The translations under genes were made by a program, and so were the position numbers. Of a stretch of 64,000 nt of DNA, positions 21,389-31,400 are shown one piece after another. Each line of letters opens with the position of its first letter. Positions within the stretch are counted from its first letter, which is position 1. The notes under the pieces were generated by a model. It saw only the letters and a list, made by a program, of their open reading frames with translations. It was not told the DNA's origin and searched no databases. Origin of the DNA: Sporopachydermia quercuum (Eukaryota); contig BCGN01000009.1 in assembly GCA_001599295.1 (NCBI GenBank), forward strand, positions 1-64,000, read 5' to 3'.

Positions 21389-22350
21389 ATGACAACTTAC
21401 ACTATTTCTGATAATGAGTTTACAGCTCTCCAAAATAAAAATGTTGTAATTACAGGAGGAGCTGATGGAATTGGAAAAGCCACTGTTGAACTGGCTGTTA
21501 GTATGTTACTTCAAGTTTTGAGTCACAGAATACTTTATGTTTGAATTTTCACCTAACAATTGTGTTAATAGCCTACGGTGCCAATGTCGTATTTATTGAT
21601 ATCAATAGGAAGAAGGGTGAACTTTTCACCAAAGAGCTTGAAAATCTCAAGAATGAGCATAAAGGAAAGTTTTTGTTTCTTCAGTGCGATGTTTCTTCGT
21701 GGGATGATTTAGAAAAGGCATTTAAGCAAAGTGCACAGTTCTTGTCCACTATTGATACAGTAATCGCTAATGCTGGTGTTGGAGAAATAGGAGATTTATT
21801 TGATTTCGGTGATGAAACAAGCAAATCTGAGGGTATTTCTGCTCCAAACATTTCAACTATCAATATCAACCTTTTGTCACAAGTGTATGCAGTTCGCCTT
21901 GCTGCCTATTATTTTGAAAAGTTCAATATTAAAGGCAATATTGTTCTTACTGGTTCAATTGCCAGTATGATTGAAACACCACCATTACATCTCTATTGTG
22001 CTTCCAAGGCAGGATCTCTGGGATTAACAAGATCAATAAGAAATGAATCTGAAAAACGTAACTTTACTATCAATTCAGTTTTGCCTTGGATGACCAGGAC
22101 AAGCATGGTGCCAGAAGCTTTAGACAAGCTTTGGGGAGACCTACCAGCCAATGAACCAGTTGATATTTCTAAGGCATTGTTATTATCAACTGCAAGAAAA
22201 GGAGTCAATGGCAAAGGATTTTTAGTTGTTGGAGGTGAAATTATTGATATTGAAGAAGGATTGGATAAGAGTAGGCCTCACTGGATGACCTCTAAGGTTG
22301 CAGCTGCATTACATAAAGGACAGGTTTTGATGGGGATCGAAAAAGATTGA
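21389..22350 (+). CDS. Short-chain dehydrogenase/reductase, 2 exons: 21389-21500 and 21572-22350, about 296 aa
   Basis: Exon 1 supplies TGGADGIG, which is missing from the ORF track. Intron GTATGT..CTAAC..TAG is phase-compatible. NAG, YCASK, PWMTRT present. Paralog of the divergent SDR (both have WGDLPxN). Confidence 0.92.
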
Positions 22351-22907
22351 TGTAATTCTATTTTTTTGTTACATAGTTTCAATAAAAGACCTGATTGATT
22401 TCGAGTTTTATGCTGTTAATCTTTTTTCTTGATATGTGGAATTTATAGCAACATACCCCACTCAGCATAGTATAGTAATTTGGTTGCATACAGTATAAGC
22501 TTTTATGTCAATCTAAAATATGTTCTCTTAGCTTGCAACTTTAAATTCCGAAAAAGAATGTCAAAGAATATGCTTTCCAAATCCATAATAAAATCTTAAA
22601 GTGTTCTGCTAAACGCCAACTTAGCTTTTAACTTCAAATTTAGTTCAATGGCATTGAAAGTTTATTTAAACAACCAGCTCAGTGGAGAACATATTTATTG
22701 AAATACTTCCAAAATGGTAGGAACTTTTATGTGGATTTTCGAGCTGCTAACTTGAATGACATTATTAATATAAATATTTAGAATATTCTACATTCTTCTT
22801 GTAAATATATTTTATACGAATTCAACTAATCACAGATTATCTGTTTCTCATTATTAATCCTACAATACTATCAGCACCGCTTCAGTCATCGAATAAATCT
22901 CATTAAA

Positions 22908-24425
22908 ATGCTCAATTTCTATGCGTTTTTTGCAGTAATAGTAGTTTTACTACTAAAAACAGTTTTGGACAGGTATAATTTCAACAAGAAGTATAATTTA
23001 CCCCCAAGAGTACCAGGAATTCCAATATTTGGTAATACATTTCAATTACCTCCTACTCAACAAGGTCCACATTGCAGAGAGCTGGCTAAGAAGTATGGTG
23101 AAATGTTTACCATTAAACTAGGTCAGCAAACTTGGGTTTTTCTCAACAGTTCGAGAGTTGTTAAGGCTTTATTAGAAAAGCGATCGGCAATATATTCCAG
23201 TAGACCTTCTTTCCCAATGACTCAAGATATAGTTTCAGGAGGCGGCAGAATTGTTCTCATGGAATATAATGAAAAATGGAAACAATTGAGAAAAATAATG
23301 CACGGAATTTTGAATAACAAACAATCAGATATATTCAAACCATTTCAAGATTTAGAATCAAAAGCGTTACTGCTCAATTACTTACAGAATCCTGAAAAAT
23401 GGTATCTCCATAATGGTCAATATTCTAATTCTGTTATCATGAGTGTAGTCTTTGGTATAAGAGTGAATCCAGAAAACAAGGACACAGCTCAACTATTTGA
23501 AACTATTGAAGAATTCTTAGAACTTCAGCAACCAGGAGCAACACTAGTTGATGGATTTCCTGTATTGGCTAAACTACCAAATTTCCTTCAATGGTGGAGA
23601 CCAAAGGGTAAACGAATTCATGATAAAACAGTGAAGGTTTATCAAAGACAATTCGACTTGCTAGAAGAAAGAGTTAAAAACAAAACTCAAAAACCCTGCT
23701 TCATTACTCAGTTCTTGCAAGAGGAAAAGAAATATTCCTTTGATTATAACCAAAAGTTATTCTTGGCTGGAACATTGATGGAAGCAGGTTCTGATACCAC
23801 TAAAGTAACCTTAGGCCAAATGATAGCTGGTGCGGCCACTAGTACTGACTGGATAGTCAAAGCAAGGAAAGAATTAGATATGGTTTGTGGATCACATGGG
23901 GAAAGATTACCCGGATGGGAAGATGAACATAAGTTGCCTTATATCAAAGCTGTGGTTAAGGAAGCATTCAGATGGAGACCAAATATTGCAGAGATTGGAG
24001 CTCCTACAATGTTGACAAAAGATGATAAGTTTGAAGGATACTCATTTCCTGCTGGAACAGTTTTTACTTGGAACGCCTGGGCAATTGCTTTGGATGAAGC
24101 AGAGTACGAACAACCGGAGAGATTTTGGCCAGATAGATTTTTGAATGAAGATCTTGATAATCCTTTAAAAGGACACTGGGCTTTTGGACCTGGTAGGAGA
24201 GTCTGTGTTGGATATAACGTTGGTCAGCAGAATGTGTTTATAAGCGCAGCCAGATTATTATACTGTTTTGATTTTATTGAAGATAAGAAGGAACCTGTAG
24301 ATACTATGTCCATTCCTCAGATAACTAAAGGAAGAGCTCCTTTCAAAGTTATAATCAAATCAAGAGGTCCAGAGTTTGAAAATCTGATTAGAAGCGAATG
24401 TGGTGACACATTGAATTTTTCTTAG
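22908..24425 (+). CDS. Cytochrome P450, CYP64-clan-like (second paralog)
   Basis: TM anchor, LPPRVPGIP, EAGSDTT, EAFR, PERFWPDRF, heme motif WAFGPGRRVCVG. Confidence 0.95.
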   Translation: MLNFYAFFAVIVVLLLKTVLDRYNFNKKYNLPPRVPGIPIFGNTFQLPPTQQGPHCRELAKKYGEMFTIKLGQQTWVFLNSSRVVKALLEKRSAIYSSRPSFPMTQDIVSGGGRIVLMEYNEKWKQLRKIMHGILNNKQSDIFKPFQDLESKALLLNYLQNPEKWYLHNGQYSNSVIMSVVFGIRVNPENKDTAQLFETIEEFLELQQPGATLVDGFPVLAKLPNFLQWWRPKGKRIHDKTVKVYQRQFDLLEERVKNKTQKPCFITQFLQEEKKYSFDYNQKLFLAGTLMEAGSDTTKVTLGQMIAGAATSTDWIVKARKELDMVCGSHGERLPGWEDEHKLPYIKAVVKEAFRWRPNIAEIGAPTMLTKDDKFEGYSFPAGTVFTWNAWAIALDEAEYEQPERFWPDRFLNEDLDNPLKGHWAFGPGRRVCVGYNVGQQNVFISAARLLYCFDFIEDKKEPVDTMSIPQITKGRAPFKVIIKSRGPEFENLIRSECGDTLNFS

Positions 24426-25335
24426 AATAAATTAAATACTATAGTTCTATATTATGAATATAAGATTCTGATACAAAAACGAAGAAAATTAAAATAAGAC
24501 GAAAAAGAATAATAAATTGTAGCCATTGAATTTCTAAAACTATCTATTAGTTGCTTTTAGAAATATTCATTACAGCTCTATAGATTCATCGAATAGTAAC
24601 GACTAGGTCTAATGCTTATCCTATTATAGATATGCGTTAGTGGTTGATCGGAATTCTTCCCCGAAAAGTAAACTTGTCAGTTAACAGTCATCAATTATGA
24701 ACAAGACAAACTTGAGCTTCCTTGTGGGGTTTCACTGATAATTGGTTTTTCTGCTCAAAAATAGGCATTGATATTAGTTGTACTGTTCGTCAAAACTATC
24801 GTAGTATCTCATCTGTTTATTCAACCCACCTTAAGAAAACTAATTTAAAGTTGAAACAACCTTTTAAAGTTTCTGGGGTAAAACGTTAATTATTATACTT
24901 TGAGTTTAACTCTGCTAATATTGTTTCAATGCACGATGGAGAAACTTTAAATTTACTTGAAACTTGAAACTGTGATTACCCCGGTTATTAGGGATTTTAT
25001 TCAGATTTCTTACAAATTTCTACAGTTTTGTTGACTCCATCATCATACCAATAAAGTAATAGATTTAGAAATTGACATATCAAAACCAGGGTAGAGATCT
25101 GTTTTACTCTAAATGAAAGTATGATTCATCAGTGTTTCCTTCAAGTTGTATAAATACCACTTCATAAGCTCTTGTTTGATACGTTTCGATTTACAACTTC
25201 ATAATCATTAGTACTACCTGGCTATGCAGTAAGAAATATCTTTTACTTCAAATTACAGAGTTTTTATAATTGAACAACATAAGCTGGTCTTATATAATAC
25301 TATTCACAATCAACGGTTTCTTTAATTGTTGCAAC

Positions 25336-27149
25336 ATGGGACTCGGTATTAAAGAACCCAAAACTTCTGGTCATACTCCAGGCACTACGTTCCTCGATGA
25401 AGATAATAGCAAAGAGTTATCGGAAGACCTAAAACAAACGTTGAAAACTGATCCAAAGAATCCAAATATTATCTTGGTACCTCAACCTACTGATGATGTT
25501 AACGATCCTTTAAATTGGCCAAAATGGAGAAAAAATGTCTGTTTTGGTGCTCTTTGTTTTGGTACTGCAGTGGTATGTGCCGTTGGTCCAATGTTATCAT
25601 CTGCCCTAGTCTCGCTTTCGGTTGAATTTGATGTTGGAATGTCGTCAATTGCGCAACTGAATTCACTTCCAATTTTAACGAACGCTCCTTCTATTTGGTT
25701 AGGAGCAGCAGTTATGCCATTCTACGGTAAAAGACCTGTTTGCTTGTTATCTTTATTAGTCGTTGCTGTTACTTCTATCTGGTGTGCTAAAGCACAATCT
25801 TATAATAGTTTGTTAGCTGGTAGAGCAGTAATGGGTCTTGGAGTTGGACCGTAAGTTACAAGAGCCGTAATTATAGAATCATTATGTTCCTGAGGTTGTA
25901 TGTTCTACTAACTAGATCATTAATAGATTAGAAGGTATTGTTACTGGAACAATTGCTGATTTATACTTTGTTCATGAAAGGGGATTTTATACTGCTGTAT
26001 GGGTATTCTGTCAGCTATTCCCCACAAATTTGTCACCAGGTATGATTAGCATATTGATTGATTTCTATTCATTTATTCGACTATACTAACCTAATTTTTT
26101 TAGTTATCTGTTCATTCATTATTGAAAATCTAGGCTGGAGATGGGCATTCTGGGTATTATTGATAGTTTCATCGGTTTCATTCTTACTATGTCTTCTTCT
26201 AAGTCCTGAAACGCACTACTACAGATATAATGAAATAGACGATGTTGATGCAACTACAGAAGGTACTAAGCATGCAGACAAGATCAATAATAATTCTGCT
26301 GAAACTTCTATTAAACCATCTGTTAATATGGTTGAGTGTATATCTCAATCGCCATCAACAGAAGATGTAGCATCTCAGATTATTAGCCCTGACTCCTACA
26401 CTTACACTCAGAGATTAAAGCTTTGGAGAAGACAAAAGACTGATAATATTTCTTTCTGGATGTCACTTGCAAGACCCGCAATTTTACTATGCTATCCAAC
26501 AATTGGACTCGCATTCTTTGGTTTTGCTATGGCTGTTAACTGGGCTGTTGTTTATTCATTAACTGCTGCACAAGTATTTACTGCACCACCTTACAACTTT
26601 ACAGTTATTCAGACTGGTTTGGTTTATATTTCACCGTGTGTTTGGGTTTTAATTGTTGCTCCAATTGCTGGTCCTTTGAGTGATTGGATTGCCAAAACTT
26701 TTTCCAAGAAGAATAAGGGTATATATGAACCTGAATTCAGATTGGTGATCGTTGTATTTTTACTGATATTTGGAGTCTTTTCATTTACAGGTTTTGGATT
26801 AAGTGTTACAGCTAAAAACCATTGGTTTGGTCCAGTTTTCTTCTTCGGTATGGTTAGTGGAGCTTCAGTATTTGGTAACACTGGTTATATTGCTTATGTT
26901 GTAGATGCTCATAAGACGGTAGCTGGAGAAGCGATGGTTACATTCACTGCATTCAAATCATTCTTAATTTATGGATTTTCTTGGTTTATTAACGATTGGG
27001 TAACTAACCAAGGTGTTAAGAATACCTTTGGTACATTAGCAGGTTTAAATACAGCAATCTGTTTATTGTCTGTTCCTGCTTATATTTTTGGCAAGAGACT
27101 TAGAAAATGGATTAGTGGCTGTTGGTTGGATAAATTCCAGTCACAGTAA
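25336..27149 (+). CDS. MFS transporter (DHA1/HOL1-like), 3 exons: 25336-25850, 25927-26039, 26104-27149, about 557 aa
   Basis: PQPTDDVNDPLNWP, YGKRP, a small middle exon encoding TIADLYFVHERG, GWRWAF, PEFRL. Both introns are GT..ACTAAC..TAG and keep frame. Confidence 0.9.
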
Positions 27150-27511
27150 TTAGCTTTGTCTGGATTAGATATTAATGATTAATTGTGACGCTGGTTTGTT
27201 ATGAATTTAAAAACTCAAGTAGTATGAATTGCTTTATTTTAATAAAGATTTTTAAAAGGGCCCTTGGATCGTAATGTTGGTGGCTATTCAAATAATACTG
27301 TAATATCAAAAGAAAAAAGTACAATTAATATAATACCCAGCACCAACAACCCATCTATTACTCTTAGAATAATAAAACAAATTAATATAATGCCACTCAT
27401 AGGTCTATTGAAACTGGTAACAGGAATATATTATAGCTACTTCATTATTGATTTGCTTACATTTTTCAATCATTCGTTTTGAAACAATTAATATTTATTA
27501 CTTACTCATAG

Positions 27512-28480
27512 TTATATAATGCAACCAGGAAAGAATTTATCCTTGTTTTTGCTTGCCCATGCATAGTCATGAGCTAAGATAACCTCAACTTCACAGTCAA
27601 ATATACCCTTCGAACTCAAAAGGCGTATCATCTCCACAGTATGCTCTGCTAGCTGTTTATCCTGATGAATACATACCAGGTAGCCTTTGCCGTCTAACCA
27701 GGTAGAAAATTCTGTGTCTCCTCTAAGCAAAGAAACATTATGGCACGCATCTCCTGCTAAATATAAATATTTGCTATCTGATACTCTTACTAGTAAATTT
27801 ATATGACCAATGATATGACCTGGGCTGTCGACGACTAGAATTGATCTGTCGTTGAACAAATCTATATACGATAGGTCATAAATCTTACCAGAATTGATAT
27901 CATTTAATTTCAATGTGGTCCATGGTTTATTATCCTCTAATTTACCATATTGAGTTAAAAGTAAATTTTGATTCCCTTTAGATATCAATTGCCTAGTTAT
28001 TTCAGTCATGGGGAGCTCTATTGTCCTATCACTAGGTAAAGTGTTAGAATCGAAATGTGATGCTGAATGATAAGGAAGACCCTGTTGAAGTAGTTGATAA
28101 GAACCAGGCCCTACAATAAATTTTGACTCTTTAAAATCACTGGGAGTTCCAATATGATCATAATGGAGGTGACTAAGGAAAACGTATTTAATATCATTGG
28201 TAGAAATGCCACCTTTCTGGAGTGAATCTTTCACATCTGGGGTTGTAATTATAGGTCTTCTAGTTTCTATATGAGCACTGAGTTCAGGGATATAATCTGA
28301 TAACTCCCTTTTTAAACCAAGATCAAATATGATATTGCCATTTGTGGGATGTTGTACAAGGAAACTTAGCGATGGACATAAGATTTTTATTGATTTATCA
28401 GTTTGAGCAGCAGAGAACATCCATTCTGGTAGTGATAGATAGCCTGCTTCAAGAGCCGAAACTTTCACAATTTCATGCAT
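27512..28480 (-). CDS. Metallo-beta-lactamase-fold hydrolase (AHL-lactonase-like)
   Basis: FDLG, metal motif SHLHYDHIG (HxHxDH), SPGHIIGH, AGDACH, ILAHD. Confidence 0.9.
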   Translation of the reverse strand: MHEIVKVSALEAGYLSLPEWMFSAAQTDKSIKILCPSLSFLVQHPTNGNIIFDLGLKRELSDYIPELSAHIETRRPIITTPDVKDSLQKGGISTNDIKYVFLSHLHYDHIGTPSDFKESKFIVGPGSYQLLQQGLPYHSASHFDSNTLPSDRTIELPMTEITRQLISKGNQNLLLTQYGKLEDNKPWTTLKLNDINSGKIYDLSYIDLFNDRSILVVDSPGHIIGHINLLVRVSDSKYLYLAGDACHNVSLLRGDTEFSTWLDGKGYLVCIHQDKQLAEHTVEMIRLLSSKGIFDCEVEVILAHDYAWASKNKDKFFPGCII

Positions 28481-31400
28481 TTTGAGTAAATTATTTATTT
28501 AATACAATTCACTCAAAGATCTTTATTTCTAGGTCAAAATCTTTTTTACTCAAATAAATATTCTGATAATTCGAATAATCAAAAGTATGCTTGAGGTTGT
28601 ATTTAAATGGTCAATTAAGTTAAGGTTAAGTTTTGAGTAATTAGCTTGATTATACATATACTTATTTCCCTTTCCTATTTAGGAAATAAATGGGGTAATA
28701 AATAAAGAGTGTGGAGAAGGATGAGCACCCATAATTAATATTTGCCATCTCTTTGACTACTTCTAGGAATTTCGTGAAATGTCTCAATGTGGAATTCAAT
28801 ACTAATGTCGTAGTGAGCCACACCAAACAGAACGATGACTAGTTCTTGCTATAAACATAATTATTTCTTCCTATGCTTTACTATTTCCCATGATATCGAG
28901 AGATGGAAAGCAAATGCAAAGTGAGTATCGTTTCTTTCTTCCACTTTTTTTGGGTATCTGAATTTCATAAATAGAACCAAGACCATTGGTATCAGGAAAC
29001 AGAAAGGATTGTGGTTCACTGCCGTTACGTAGTTACTTTAATTTCAACAAAATTCGGTCGAGTATATGTGCAACCGGCCAAAATTTTTAATAAATTGTCA
29101 ATGCATGCGTGCTGCTGCCAATTACTACCTAATTATTATTATTAGGTGTTCTTTGTAAGGCAGCAATAAATGACACCAGTCAATCCTCTGCATATCAACT
29201 TAATCGATGAAAGAATTAGTGTTGAATTAGAACAATATGATGATATTGGAAACTAATTAAATGTTACATTCTTAATTAGTTGGCTTCACTTTCCTGTATT
29301 AATAAAAAAAGAAAAAAAAAAACATAAAAAAATTTCATATATTATATTTATACATACAAATTTATACATACAATACAATACAGCAGATGTGAGTTGCTAA
29401 CTAATTCCAACGCGCTTTACTGCCAATATTTAACAATAGAAAGCTCTTGGTGTCGAAAATCCAATTCTTCCATATTACATCCGTCAGCTTTTGTTTCATT
29501 ATCAGGGCAATGACTAATCAACTAATCAACCAATTTCCTGATCTTATCGTATCAAGTAAAGTATCAAGTCACATATGTTAAATGTTAGTTTACTTCATAT
29601 CGTGTGTGAACCTGCACATTTTTGTAATTCTCACGATAAAACCAGGGCTCAAAATCCGGTTGGGATTTCTTGGCCAAATAATCTAAACAAAAAAACTTGT
29701 TGATTTCCAAGAACCATATTATTTTTCTATTTATGGTAGCTTTAAACAAAGGAATGAAAGCTCTTCATCACAATTTTTGTTACAATTCTTTTTCTTGTTT
29801 CTATGTATCTAACACCTTCCTAATTAGGATGTTCTGAGGTGATGACAGTAGTTTCAATGTATTAAGGCTGTTGAATCTCTTGCCGCAATAGGAAATATCT
29901 CAGATCCTTCATTTTTCCAAAAACGACCCTTGATCCTCTCAAAATTATGTAGGATTTCTTTCATTCGTCTACTTTCTCATAAAAGATACAATGAAAGGAA
30001 GCACTGTATATTTAGATGTTTGATGTAGGTGCTGGAACGAACAGGATGTCCAGTAAGTATCTTTAAGTTCGCTTCTATTATCTGGAATGGGAGTAAAGTC
30101 ATCTCTGTTCTTTTTTTTATTTATTTATCTATGTCAAGACTGACCTCCCTAAACCACAAACAAAGGCTACTATAAGCTTATTTGTCACTTAGTGTATTAT
30201 AAAAAGCTGGATAGCTTTGGAATAATATAATAGTCAGTTGATATTCTTTTAATACTCATAAATAATTATAACTAAGTTTTAAGGTTTATGTATAATTATG
30301 CAAGTGAAATATAAAGAAGGAAAGGTCCAGATTGAATCCTGATTTTCTTCAACATATGAATCAAACAATACTCTAAGTTAAATATCATTGACCAATATAT
30401 GTAAATCTTTACTATTACTAATTTGAATAAAAAATAAATGTGGTTATGTGCTTAAAAAGTAATCTAGATTGTTGTTACTCTGAAGTAGTCTATACTCTTT
30501 AAAGATTTGTGAACTTCCTGGCTTGCAAGAACTATTCATATAAATATAATGTAAGATTTACCGGAGACAAAGACGATCACCAGATATAACAGTTCAGTTA
30601 TTGCAACACATGAAAATTCAATAGTTCATTTTGCTTTCAATTAATTATACTTAAAAAAACGTTGTAAGTTTTGTGTAGAGAAATGACTTTGGTACGGGAA
30701 GCTACCAATTGTGAATCTCAACCCAGGTGATAACTTATTGATATATGTAATATTGTCGTGCAATAGATCTCGGTTTTCTCTTTGAAATTCCAAATAAATC
30801 GCTGGTAGTTCCTTACAAGCTGGATTTATCTACCCTTTGTTCATATTGATACAAAACTATAATATCGTCCTCAACAGATACTTGGATAAAATGATCATCG
30901 TCGTCATCGCGCTTGTTACCAATCACGAGTTCGAGTATTGGAGGAAAAGAAACTTCTTTAATCATTAGGAAGCCGATATAATGCAGGCCTTCAAAATTAA
31001 ATCGGAACTGCCTACTTGAGCATTAGCTTGAATCAAATAATTGTTAGAATAAATGGTAGAAAAGAGAGAAAAAATTAGACTATTTCTTTAAAATACATTA
31101 TAAGCTTCAAGCTAGCAGTGTCAATGTGAGTATTACTAATTTTAATTTTTCTATTTTGTATTCACAAGGTACTAAACAAATTTATTGAAACAACTGAAGT
31201 AAAAGTCTTTCTTTAACTAACTTATCAACTATCATCTCCATTTCCTTGTCAACATTATTAAATCAAAACAGGACAGTATGAGTCAAAGATATACAATCTC
31301 TTAGAATTACAGAAACAAAAACCCTTTACAAAACATAAATGAGGTTCAACTTCAAATATGCGCAAATTGATTACGAGAAGCTTTGATTCGTCTCCAAAGA

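Larger units (their letters stand above)
4174..28716. promoter_or_regulatory. Recurrent G-box (TGGGGTA / GTGGGG) in cluster promoters; dispersed sites, not a contiguous element
   Basis: TGGGGTA or its complement at 4175, 6989, 14103, 16257, 19302, 19357, 19398, 22454, 24874, 28691. GTGGGG/CCCCAC at 4174, 8527, 14023, 19226, 19304, 20740, 22456, 24724. Confidence 0.6.

Noticed and set aside
4531..28480. Interpretation as a classical secondary-metabolite biosynthetic cluster
   Set aside because: No backbone enzyme occurs in the window and both flanks are visible. Tailoring of a precursor made elsewhere is not excluded but is less parsimonious.
29830..29960. Possible hAT dimerisation remnant (FWKNEGSEIFPIAA) on the - strand
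   Set aside because: Another frame equally resembles a zinc-finger fragment; too short, and no TIRs were found.
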